Below are positions 19,240-28,242 of a DNA stretch of 44,908 nt, in pieces. The position numbers were made by a program, and so were the translations under genes. The notes beneath the pieces were generated by a model that had not been told where the DNA came from, ran no database searches, and worked only from the letters and a program-made list of their open reading frames with translations. Source of the DNA: an uncultured archaeon (GTDB taxonomy: Archaea; Thermoplasmatota; Penumbrarchaeia; JASLWR01); contig CAYSHM010000002.1 in NCBI GenBank assembly GCA_964430885.1, positions 1 to 44,908 on the forward strand, in the 5' to 3' direction. Positions within the stretch are counted from its first letter, which is position 1. Each line of letters begins with the position of its first letter.

Positions 19240-19823
19240 TATACCATCCCCGTGAATCCAAGAAATGCCATTCCCAACATGGTCGCCACCATAAAGGCTA
19301 TTGGCATACCCCTGAAGGGTTTTGGGATGTCGCATTCTTCCAATCTTTCTCTAATGCCTGACATTATACATAGCACAAGGGTAAATCCTACACCGGCTCC
19401 CAAAGCACCAACTATTGATTCCATGAGATTGTAGGATTCCTGTATGTTGAGAAGAGCCACACCCAGGACCGCACAGTTGGTAGTGATGAGTGGTAGATAT
19501 ATCCCCAATGCGTTATAGAGTGTCACATTTGTCCTCTTAATGCTCATTTCCACTATCTGGACCAAGGATGCTATGATAAGTATGAACACTACTATCTTCA
19601 TATAATCCAGGTCTCGGGGTTCCAGGATCTGGTAGAAAATGGGCCATGTTGCCAATGATGCTATCAGCATGACAAAGGTGACTGCAATACCCATACTGAA
19701 AGCGCTTTTAAGCTTCTTTGAAACGCCGAAGAAAGGACAAAGGCCCAAGAACTTGGTCAATACAAAATTATTTATCAGGGCCATGCCGAGGAACAGACCG
19801 AAATAGGTTCCGAAACTACTCAT
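19239..19823 (-). CDS. rnfA: Rnf complex subunit A
   Basis: NNFVLTKFLGLCPFFGVS, LGIYLPLITTNCAVLG. Confidence 0.95.
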   Translation of the reverse strand: MSSFGTYFGLFLGMALINNFVLTKFLGLCPFFGVSKKLKSAFSMGIAVTFVMLIASLATWPIFYQILEPRDLDYMKIVVFILIIASLVQIVEMSIKRTNVTLYNALGIYLPLITTNCAVLGVALLNIQESYNLMESIVGALGAGVGFTLVLCIMSGIRERLEECDIPKPFRGMPIAFMVATMLGMAFLGFTGMV

Positions 19824-20430
19824 TTCTCACCACCCCCGTGTGGCGGAACAAGGCAAGAAGCAATCCAATCACCATGAAGGCGCCCATTGGAAGTATAAAT
19901 ATACTCAGCGGGTGAGTTGACAGTCCGGGTATGGAAAGCTCGAAAAGGCCGAAGAAAGCCAATTTTCCCGATCCCAGGACCTCTCGGATGAAGGATATGA
20001 TGAATATTGCCAGTAGAAAACCGGTAGCGATACCGAATGCGTCAGCTGCTGAATCCAGAATGGTATTCTTGGAGGCAAAGGCTTCTGCTCTACCGAGAAT
20101 TATACAGTTCACCACTATCAATGGAACGAAAATTCCCAGAGATTTACTGAGCGGTGGGAAATAGGCCTTAAGGATCAGATCAACAATGGTCACAAAGGTT
20201 GCAATAATTACAATAAAAACAGGTATCCTTACGCTTTCAGGTATCCATTTTCTTATTATGGAAACAATGATGTTGGAAAGAAGAAGCACAAATAGAACCG
20301 CTCCAGTCATTCCGATGGCATTATCTATGGAAGTGCTCACAGCCAGAGTAGGACATAGACCTAATAATAGGACAAACACCGGATTGCTGACTAAGACGCC
20401 GTTCTTGAAATTCTCTGCAATTCCGCTCAT
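19816..20430 (-). CDS. rnfE: Rnf complex subunit E
   Basis: NPVFVLLLGLCPTLAVS, PLIVVNCIILGRAEAFA. Confidence 0.95.
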   Translation of the reverse strand: MSGIAENFKNGVLVSNPVFVLLLGLCPTLAVSTSIDNAIGMTGAVLFVLLLSNIIVSIIRKWIPESVRIPVFIVIIATFVTIVDLILKAYFPPLSKSLGIFVPLIVVNCIILGRAEAFASKNTILDSAADAFGIATGFLLAIFIISFIREVLGSGKLAFFGLFELSIPGLSTHPLSIFILPMGAFMVIGLLLALFRHTGVVRNE

Positions 20431-21053
20431 GATTTCACCCCCTGACTTTCCTTAATATCATTAACCTTATCTTCAATAGTGTCTCTGATACCTTCAACCA
20501 CAGCCTTAGAACTTATTGTCGCCCCTGTTATGGCTGATATCTCCCCTCCGTCCTCCTCAAGTTTCACGTCCGAGAAACCAATCATTTCAAAATATCCCTG
20601 AAACTTGTTATCCAGTATCTTTGCCCCCAATCCTGGTGTCTCGGATATGGGTTCAAGTATCTTCAAACCCTTGATTGTGATATCGGCCAGATCAGTTTTC
20701 AATAGCTCCGTTAAGTTCACCGATAGACCAACAAGCATCTCAATATCCCCTCCGTATCCGGATCCGACACACTTTATTCCTATACCTATTTCCTTATCGG
20801 CCGTATCCGCATCCTTGTCGATGATCAGGTAGACACCGCCGGTATTATATTCATCTCGGTCATTAAGATTGTCATAATCGTCCATATCCGGGAAGATCTT
20901 TTTCAGATTATCTGCAACTTCCTGCCGCTTCACTTCGTCGATCTTATCCTTGGTAACGTTCCCGGTTAGAGTTAGGAGGGTAACAGATAGACAGACCACG
21001 ATACCTAGGAATATGATGGGCCAGATCTCTTTAAAACCGCCTTTTTCGCTCAT
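20427..21053 (-). CDS. rnfG: Rnf complex subunit G (FMN-binding)
   Basis: N-terminal TM, GYGGDI, ETPGLG, flavinylation motif ITGATISS. The ATG at 21053 overlaps the rnfD stop (ATGA), with a GGAGGT RBS. Confidence 0.92.
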   Translation of the reverse strand: MSEKGGFKEIWPIIFLGIVVCLSVTLLTLTGNVTKDKIDEVKRQEVADNLKKIFPDMDDYDNLNDRDEYNTGGVYLIIDKDADTADKEIGIGIKCVGSGYGGDIEMLVGLSVNLTELLKTDLADITIKGLKILEPISETPGLGAKILDNKFQGYFEMIGFSDVKLEEDGGEISAITGATISSKAVVEGIRDTIEDKVNDIKESQGVKS

Positions 21054-22039
21054 TTGCCCACCTCCTTTTTCTCTTCTTCCTTCTTCTTGATAAATCCGAA
21101 GGGTTGGGGTTTTGTGTACCTGTCTATAAGGGGAGTTACCGAGTTCATTATTAGAATGGAGAAACACACACCTTCTGGCAGAGAGCCCCATTTCCTGATG
21201 GCCACGGTAAGTATGCCTGCACCGACAGCGAATATCACCTTGCCGTTCTTTGTGAGGGGTGTTGTGACGTAGTCAGTGGCCATGAAGAAAGCGCCCAGCA
21301 TCAGACCGCCAGCGAAGATGTGCCTTACAGGATCTCCGCCCAGCAGTCCGCTTAATGAGAATACTACCCCTATGTAGAACAAAGGTATCCTCCAATCAAT
21401 TATCCTAAGAAGAATTAAGAGCAGTCCCCCGGCCATTAGAAGCAGAGCCGAGGTTTCTCCGATGCACCCGCCGACGTTTCCCAGGAAGAGGGATTTGTAT
21501 TCCATGGAGGTTGCCATATGGTCAAATGCACCCGCCAGGGGCGTTGCCCCTGTAAAGGCGTCAACAGTGTTCCCTCTGGCCTCCATCCATGCAGTGCCGA
21601 GAACTCCGGCGAAACTGGCAGTCATGAATGTCCTTCCCACCAATGCAGGGTTGAAAATGTTGTGACCGAGGCCTCCAAAGGCCTCCTTCGCTATTCCTAT
21701 GGCTATCACCGAACCAAGAGCGGCCATCCAGAGATATTGAGGTTCGAGTGGGGGAAGTACCAGGCCTAGCAGAAGACCTGTGAGGACCGCACTGCCATCC
21801 ATAACGAATTTTCCTTTCCTCACCCATTTTTTAATTATGAACTCTGTAAGAATTGAGGTGATTACCGTTGTCAGGATTACTAGAAGGGCATTGATCCCGA
21901 AATAGTAAATACCGCCTATTGCGGCCGGAAGTAGGGCTATAACAACTACCCACATTATCTTTTCCACAGACAGAGGACTTCTGAAATGAGGTGAGGTACG
22001 AGCTTGAAGCATTTCCTTGTTTTCCTTTTCCTCGACCAT
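21050..22039 (-). CDS. rnfD: Rnf complex subunit D
   Basis: FGGLGHNIFNPALVG, FTGATPL flavinylation site, GCIGETSA, FMATDYVTTP. Confidence 0.95.
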   Translation of the reverse strand: MVEEKENKEMLQARTSPHFRSPLSVEKIMWVVVIALLPAAIGGIYYFGINALLVILTTVITSILTEFIIKKWVRKGKFVMDGSAVLTGLLLGLVLPPLEPQYLWMAALGSVIAIGIAKEAFGGLGHNIFNPALVGRTFMTASFAGVLGTAWMEARGNTVDAFTGATPLAGAFDHMATSMEYKSLFLGNVGGCIGETSALLLMAGGLLLILLRIIDWRIPLFYIGVVFSLSGLLGGDPVRHIFAGGLMLGAFFMATDYVTTPLTKNGKVIFAVGAGILTVAIRKWGSLPEGVCFSILIMNSVTPLIDRYTKPQPFGFIKKKEEEKKEVGK

Positions 22040-23383
22040 CTAATTCCCCTCCTTCCTTTTGATCTTGGCAAGCTGTGCTTTACCTACCTTAATATATTGA
22101 ACCAAGGGTATTTTGGCCGGGCATGAATAGGTGCAGGAACCGCATTCTACACAATTTTCAATATAGAAATCCTCACATTCCCTAAAACGCCCAACCTTTA
22201 CAAGTTTGGCATATTTGGTAGGCAGGAGACCCATTGGACATGCATCAATGCATCTTGAACATTTGATGCAGTCCCTTTCCTCCCAATCAACCTTTTTCTT
22301 GACAAGTATACAATTTGTACCTTTGGTAACCGGATTCTCCAGATCATACTGGGCAATACCCATCATGGCCCCTCCGCCTATTACCTCGCCTCCGGTTGAG
22401 CTCATTCCTCCGCAGTATTCAAGCAATGTGCTGATAGGAGTCCCGAACCGCACAGTTATGTTCTTCGGCCCATTCACTTCGCCTGTGATTGTCATTACCC
22501 TTTCCACCAGGGGTTTACCCTTATGAACCGCATCATGAATCGCTATTATGGTCCCTACATTCTGGATAAGGACCCCTATATCAAAGGGGAGTCCGCCCAT
22601 GGGCACTTCTTTTCCGAGAACATACTTCGCCAAGGTCTTTTCCGCACCCATTGGGTATTTGGATTTGACAGAAACGACCGAAACCTTCTTCTCCAATTTG
22701 TATTTCACAACCAGATCCGAAATATGTTTTATGGCATCGGGTTTGTTATCCTCAATGGCGATGTGGGACCTGTCACATGAAAGAACCTTCATTATGATCT
22801 TCAAACCCTTCAACAGTTCTTTTCCTTTCTCCAGAAGAAGCCTGTGGTCTGATGTTATGTAGGGTTCGCATTCACAGCCGTTTACGATAATGTCTCTTAT
22901 GACCTTACCTGGTGGAGGGCTCAGTTTGACATGGGTGGGGAAAGTAGCGCCTCCAAGACCCACAATGCCGGCTTCCTTTATCCTTCCCAGAAGTTCTTCG
23001 ACAGTGGCTTTTTTGAGGTCCAGAGTCTTCATGGGTTCGGCCCATTCATCCTTTCCATCGGTCTCGATGATCACTGTGTCAACTGGTTTGCCAGTGACCG
23101 GGTTGACCATTTGAGAGGTCCTGAGGACCTTTCCTGATACAGTAGAATGAATGGGTGCTGATACAAAACCCCCTGGTTCTCCGATCAGTTCGCCAACCTT
23201 TACCTCCTGATTCCTCTTTACAACCGATTTGCAGGGTGCACCAATATGCTGGGATAGAGGTATTATCACCTCACCGGGCATTGGACCCTTTTCGATAACT
23301 TTTTTTTCGGTCAGTTTTCTTTCTGGGGGTTTAACCCCATTCTGAACATGGCCGAACAACAGATCAAAACCAAACAATTTCAC
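22040..23383 (-). CDS. rnfC: Rnf complex subunit C
   Basis: QHIGAP, AGIVGLGGATFPTHVKL, NGCECEPYITSD, CIKCSRCIDACP and CVECGSCTYSCP. Confidence 0.95.
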   Translation of the reverse strand: MKLFGFDLLFGHVQNGVKPPERKLTEKKVIEKGPMPGEVIIPLSQHIGAPCKSVVKRNQEVKVGELIGEPGGFVSAPIHSTVSGKVLRTSQMVNPVTGKPVDTVIIETDGKDEWAEPMKTLDLKKATVEELLGRIKEAGIVGLGGATFPTHVKLSPPPGKVIRDIIVNGCECEPYITSDHRLLLEKGKELLKGLKIIMKVLSCDRSHIAIEDNKPDAIKHISDLVVKYKLEKKVSVVSVKSKYPMGAEKTLAKYVLGKEVPMGGLPFDIGVLIQNVGTIIAIHDAVHKGKPLVERVMTITGEVNGPKNITVRFGTPISTLLEYCGGMSSTGGEVIGGGAMMGIAQYDLENPVTKGTNCILVKKKVDWEERDCIKCSRCIDACPMGLLPTKYAKLVKVGRFRECEDFYIENCVECGSCTYSCPAKIPLVQYIKVGKAQLAKIKRKEGN

Positions 23384-23547
23384 GCATATCTACCTGTATG
23401 ATTAGTTATAATCCAAAATGACATTTCGGGGGACTGGGACCCAAATATTTTACAGATATATATTATCTTCTATTGAGAAGTTTCATTTATTAGATGTAGT
23501 AATAAAAGCAGGGTTAAAGGGCAGTTTCAGGCTCGTAATATCTAATT

Positions 23548-25062
23548 TTAAAATTCGAAAGCTCCGAGGCCCGATGACCTTTTCACAACCTTGTTGCTCT
23601 TTATCAAAAGGGCTTCGACCCCATCGATACTCTCTACCAGTTCCATACCGTCGATGGGGCCTAGTACGAAAACAGCTGTTGCCAAGACATCGCAACTTGT
23701 ACACGAATCAGATATTATGGTAACGCTCATGCATTCATCAGCAGTAAACCCTGAACGAGGGTCCATTATATGTCCTATCTTCGCCTGGGGATCGAAGTAG
23801 CGGTGGTAATTACCGGAAGTACAGATGGAATTGTCCTCAATGCGGAACTTTGTGATGAATTGTGATATGTCCTCCGGGTTTTCTAGGGCAACTGTCCACC
23901 CATCATCTTCACTGCCGGATCCTATAGTCGCTATGTCGCCGCCGGCATTGACAAGTCCTCTCTTGATACCGTGATGGATTAGAGCATCTATAGCCCTATC
24001 AACTGCATAACCTTTAGCAATACCACCGAGGGTTATTTTCATCCCTTCCGTTCCAAATCCGATCTTGTCCTTCCTTATGGTTATGTTATCAAACCCCATG
24101 AGGTTCCTGGTTTTGCTTATATTATTCTCCTGATCGATTTGCGGAAGGTCCCAGAACTGACACGTAATATTCAACCCGTTATCATCGGGGACGGCGGCAT
24201 ATTTTTCAACCGCGACGTCTATTTGTCCATTGTTATGGTTAAGGAGAAACCGTTTTCTGCCATCAGTAAGGTTCCAAAGGCCCGGGGATGCGAACGCAAG
24301 TTCTGAGGTCTTTGCAATGATCTGATCTTCCTCTTTGAAAGCTGTAATGAGTTCATTGTCAACCTTTCGGGCCCCATCATCAGGCATCATATTAAGGTAA
24401 TCCTCATTAATGCTGAATAATTTGTCATGGATCAGGAAGCCGAAGTCCTTTTTCAGCACAACTGCATCACGGTCTATGGGCAGATTATGAAGGTGGAACT
24501 TTTCAAGTAGTTCATCTGAAAGGTCCATAATGCTTTCATTAACATCTAGTTCAGGTGAAATGGAAAAAAGACCCCATGCTTCCTTCCAATCCCTGAAGGT
24601 CCATAGGTCTAAAAGAGGGGCGAGTGTAATATCAAAGCACCCATCTGAAAGATTATAATATTCCCTTGACATCCGGAGCAGTTCAATTAGATGCTCTGAA
24701 GGATCCATTAATTCACCTTCCTCATTCAATTGGTATGCTTCGGATTCTTCATCGTATATGTTGGCAGCATCAGAAACTTCCTCCATGTATTCAAAGGCCG
24801 ATTCAATGGCATCTTCACCGTTCGTCATGGTGGAGTAAACCGTAATGGTGACATATGTGCCCATCAAGATCCGGGTTTGACTTATTCTCTCAACAGGCTC
24901 TTCCTGAAACACTGCAGCGCTCAAAATGAGGGCAGTAATGAAAAGGGCGGCGATCAATCCCACGAAGATGTCTTTTTTACCCCTCTTCAATATTTTCGAC
25001 CTCTTTTCCATCGGTCCGGATTCCATATGTTCACGTTTCCCTTTTTTCCGTGCAGAACACAT
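23548..25062 (-). CDS. apbE: FAD:protein FMN transferase ApbE with a large internal insertion
   Basis: LMGTYVTI, FDITLAPL, LGGIAKGYAVD, NAGGDI, TSGNYHRY, HIMDPRSG; N-terminal TM anchor. The start is uncertain (alternatives near 25026 and 25011). Confidence 0.92.
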   Translation of the reverse strand: MCSARKKGKREHMESGPMEKRSKILKRGKKDIFVGLIAALFITALILSAAVFQEEPVERISQTRILMGTYVTITVYSTMTNGEDAIESAFEYMEEVSDAANIYDEESEAYQLNEEGELMDPSEHLIELLRMSREYYNLSDGCFDITLAPLLDLWTFRDWKEAWGLFSISPELDVNESIMDLSDELLEKFHLHNLPIDRDAVVLKKDFGFLIHDKLFSINEDYLNMMPDDGARKVDNELITAFKEEDQIIAKTSELAFASPGLWNLTDGRKRFLLNHNNGQIDVAVEKYAAVPDDNGLNITCQFWDLPQIDQENNISKTRNLMGFDNITIRKDKIGFGTEGMKITLGGIAKGYAVDRAIDALIHHGIKRGLVNAGGDIATIGSGSEDDGWTVALENPEDISQFITKFRIEDNSICTSGNYHRYFDPQAKIGHIMDPRSGFTADECMSVTIISDSCTSCDVLATAVFVLGPIDGMELVESIDGVEALLIKSNKVVKRSSGLGAFEF

Positions 25063-25303
25063 TAAATATTATTGGAAGATCAATAACAATAATAATAGTA
25101 TAATAATGATTAAAACCCCGTTAGTTCAACATTGGTTGAGCAAATCGCATATCATTTCCCTTAAAACTTATTTCTTAAGGCTTTTCAATCACCTAAATTC
25201 ATGGAACCATTAAAATTATTCACCATGAAATAATTAAGAATAACTAATATGTAGGAAATACGCAGGTGTTATGTTCCAAAGGATATTTTCATCTGGTGAT
25301 ACC

Positions 25304-26659
25304 ATGGATCAAACCAATATTCCAATAATTATCAAGGACGCAAACATACTGACCATGAACAGGAATTTTGACATTTTGAGCTGTTCCTCCATTCTTGTTG
25401 ATGATGGGAAAATCATAGATATTGACAGTTATGAAGTTTTAAGAAGTAAAATGGCTGGAAGGGACTGCAGGGTTCTGGATGCCAAGGGCAAGTACGCTAT
25501 GCCAGGAATGATCTGCGCCCATACCCATTTCTATGGAGCTTTTGCCAGAGGAATGGGATTGAAGGATGAACCCCCTTCGAATTTCAAGGAGATCCTGCAG
25601 CGGTTATGGTGGAGGCTAGACCTTGCACTGGAGGATGAAGATGTATATTACAGCTCCCTGCTTCTGATGCTGGATGCGGTTCGCCATGGTACCACCACTC
25701 TCATAGACCATCATGCTTCTCCAAACAGAATTGCCGGAAGTCTGGATGTAATTGAGAAGGCAGCCCGTACAACAGGAATCAGGTCTTGTCTGTGCTACGA
25801 GGTAACTGATAGGAATGGAGTGGAAGGCGCCATGGAAGGTATAAATGAGAATCGGAGGTTTCTGGAACGTGTCAGAAACGGTGATACTGGCATTACCCGA
25901 GCCACCTTTGGTCTCCATGCCTCATTATCACTGTCCGACGAGACTCTCAAGATTTGCAGGAGCAATGCGGATGATCTTAATTCAGGATTCCATGTTCATG
26001 TTGCAGAAGGGATCAGTGACCTCAGGGACAGCAGGAGCAAGTACGGCAAATCAGTTGTTCAGAGGTTCAGGGATTTGGGAATACTCGAACCGAAATCCAT
26101 GGCTATACACTGTGTACATGTTGATGAAGCGGATATGGTCATATTAAAGGAAACAGGCACAAAGGTCATCCATAATCCGGAATCAAACATGAACAATGCG
26201 GTAGGGGTATCTCCAGTCCTGGAAATGCAGGATAGAGGAATAAAGGTAGGTATTGGAACGGACGGGTTCTGTCAGGATATGTTCAGGGAGATGAAGTTCG
26301 TCTATGTGCTTCACAAGCTTCACAAATCCGACCCCAGGGTCATGGGCGGTGATAATGTGCTTCAGATGCAGACGCATAACAACTCGGAAATAGCATCCTT
26401 GTTCTGGGATGAACCCTTAGGTGTAATAAAGAAGGGTGCATTGGCAGACATTATATTGCTGGAATACAATCCCAATACGCCTCTTAACCCAGGCAACCTC
26501 CCGTGGCATATTGAATTCGGAATAGATGCCACCAATGTCACACACACAATGATCAACGGCCGATTTTTGATGGAGGACAGAGTGATAGCAGGTTTCGACA
26601 TGGATAAACTTTCCGAAATGTCCAGGGAACTAGCATGTAAGGTTTGGGATAGGTTTTAG
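25304..26659 (+). CDS. ssnA: Putative aminohydrolase SsnA (amidohydrolase superfamily)
   Basis: PGMICAHTHFYGAFARG, LWWRLD, GTTTLIDHHASP, LCYEVTDRNG, FGLHAS, HVHVAE, HNPESNMNNAVG, GTDG. GGTGA RBS precedes the ATG at 25304 (alternative 25271). Confidence 0.9.
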   Translation: MDQTNIPIIIKDANILTMNRNFDILSCSSILVDDGKIIDIDSYEVLRSKMAGRDCRVLDAKGKYAMPGMICAHTHFYGAFARGMGLKDEPPSNFKEILQRLWWRLDLALEDEDVYYSSLLLMLDAVRHGTTTLIDHHASPNRIAGSLDVIEKAARTTGIRSCLCYEVTDRNGVEGAMEGINENRRFLERVRNGDTGITRATFGLHASLSLSDETLKICRSNADDLNSGFHVHVAEGISDLRDSRSKYGKSVVQRFRDLGILEPKSMAIHCVHVDEADMVILKETGTKVIHNPESNMNNAVGVSPVLEMQDRGIKVGIGTDGFCQDMFREMKFVYVLHKLHKSDPRVMGGDNVLQMQTHNNSEIASLFWDEPLGVIKKGALADIILLEYNPNTPLNPGNLPWHIEFGIDATNVTHTMINGRFLMEDRVIAGFDMDKLSEMSRELACKVWDRF

Positions 26660-26662
26660 TAC

Positions 26663-27628
26663 ATGAGCTTAGAAAACAGTGAAGAAAACTTAGATCTAAC
26701 TTCTAAAGAAGATCCGCTTGGTAAATATCAGCAGTTAGAGGTCAAGAATGATTCTAGAAAGGAGAATGTGAATCCCTTTTATCAAATCGCTCTTTTTGAG
26801 TTCAAACAAAATTTCTTCACAGTGAAGATGTTGGTTGTAGGAGTTCTATTTGTATTTGTTATTGTTGCTTCCACTTACGGGCTAATAAACCTAGCAAACT
26901 CTCAGGGTATCGATACACCAGTAGGAAATCTTAAATTGGAATCCAATGAAGAGGTGATACTATCGACCATGTCTCCCTTCCTCAGCTATATGGGAGCATT
27001 AATGGCAGTGGTATTTGGCTTCAGCACAATCACCAAGGAGTTTTCGGGTAAGAGGATAGATATTCTTGCGAGTACCCCCGTTAAGATAAGTTCTCTGGTA
27101 TTAGGGAAGTTGTTTGGCGTTACCATTGCCCTAGGTATCCCAGTCACCTTGTCCTTACCTGTGGTTGTGCTCTTGATCAGATTCAAGCTGGGCGATTTCC
27201 CCTCATTATTTGGAGTAGCAGCATTCTGGTTCTTCACAATGGTCTTCCTGATGACATTCGTCTTGTTCTCTTTCGTTTTTGCAACATTTTCCCGTTCACC
27301 AGGCGCTTCGGTTACCTATGGGATAACTCTTTTCCTGATATACACCTTTTTCTGGCCTCTGATTACTGCATTTTTCCAGAGCCTCCTTGGCTACAAGGTT
27401 GGAATCGGAGGAGATTCAACCAAGGGAGCTTTGGTGGTTATGGATAGGGTGGGTTTGATCAACCCTGTGATAAATTATCAAAACGCTGTAGCTTTTATCT
27501 TTGAAAAAAAGGAAGTTCATGGGATGCCTTCATGGTTGCCGGCTTTGATTCTTGTGCTGATGGCAGTCGGATTGACTTTTGCAGTTATCAATCTTTTCAA
27601 AAGGCGGATTACATATCAGAATTACTGA
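26663..27628 (+). CDS. ABC-2 type transporter permease subunit
   Basis: IALFEFKQ start, six TM helices, GFSTITKEFSGKRIDILASTPV..LVLGK cytoplasmic loop motif. Confidence 0.85.
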   Translation: MSLENSEENLDLTSKEDPLGKYQQLEVKNDSRKENVNPFYQIALFEFKQNFFTVKMLVVGVLFVFVIVASTYGLINLANSQGIDTPVGNLKLESNEEVILSTMSPFLSYMGALMAVVFGFSTITKEFSGKRIDILASTPVKISSLVLGKLFGVTIALGIPVTLSLPVVVLLIRFKLGDFPSLFGVAAFWFFTMVFLMTFVLFSFVFATFSRSPGASVTYGITLFLIYTFFWPLITAFFQSLLGYKVGIGGDSTKGALVVMDRVGLINPVINYQNAVAFIFEKKEVHGMPSWLPALILVLMAVGLTFAVINLFKRRITYQNY

Positions 27629-27679
27629 GGGAGCAAAAAATGATAAATAATAATCTGAATTGTTAATAATTCAGTTTAT

Positions 27680-27717
27680 AAAAAAATGGTTTCCCGAGAA
27701 TTTCACCCGGGAAACCA
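27680..27717 (-). terminator. Hairpin plus U-tract terminator of the 1758-aa gene
   Basis: Minus strand TGGTTTCCCGGG-TGAAATT-CTCGGGAAACCA followed by T7. Confidence 0.75.
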
Positions 27718-27756
27718 AAAGCCTCCATTTCTCAACAATGATCCTTTATCGGGGGA

Positions 27757-28242
27757 TCACTGCTCGATCTGAACCTCGAAGAGCTCGTTGTCCTTTGTCT
27801 TCAGAGCGAAGTAGTATCCAGCTCTGGCCTCACCGGGGTCGGGAGTGCCGTCGTAGTTCTCATGGTCCTCGCTCTTGATGATGAACCGATCGCCTGTGGA
27901 CAGATATCCGTCATGGTCACCGTCATGGAAGGACACGATGGTCTCGTTGTCGATGGACTTGCCGTAGATTGCGGTCACCTTGTGCTGACCCATGCTTTTG
28001 TCGACCTTGTTCCCGTCCATTAAAGAGAACTCCAGATCCTCAACCGAAAATTCCTTGTCCTTGACATTCTCGATGATGAGCTGGTAGTCGTTCTGAAGCG
28101 TTGGGCTTTCCCAGGCAGTATCAACATACTCGATATCGTTGCTCTTCTGTGTATCAACAAGTCCGGACACCCATAGCCAGAGAACACCGGCAAGAACGAT
28201 GGTTATAGCCACCATGAGAATGATGGCGATAACTGGTGAAAC
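27757..28242 (-). other. Predicted mature type IV pilin (residues 1598-1758) embedded in the 1758-aa ORF
   Basis: Archaeal pilin N-terminal consensus G|VSPVIAIILMVAITIVLAG; predicted prepilin peptidase cut between codons 28245-28243 (Gly) and 28242-28240 (Val). Confidence 0.8.

Noticed and set aside
19240-19335. N-terminal extension of the RnfB ORF
   Set aside because: It overlaps rnfA; the ATG at 19239 is coupled to the rnfA stop and gives the normal TM start.
21054-21191. N-terminal extension of the RnfG ORF
   Set aside because: It overlaps rnfD; the ATG at 21053 has an RBS and an ATGA overlap.
22037-22042. The rnfC amber stop is immediately followed in frame by the rnfD ATG (possible pyrrolysine read-through fusion); similarly ssnA TAG-TAC-ATG into the permease at 26657-26665
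   Set aside because: An AAGGAGG RBS precedes rnfD, both upstream proteins end at family-typical lengths, TAG terminates several other genes here, and no pyl genes are visible.
25078-25112. AAT/AAC trinucleotide-like run (similar run at about 17527-17550)
   Set aside because: Short, imperfect low-complexity sequence in AT-rich intergenic DNA.
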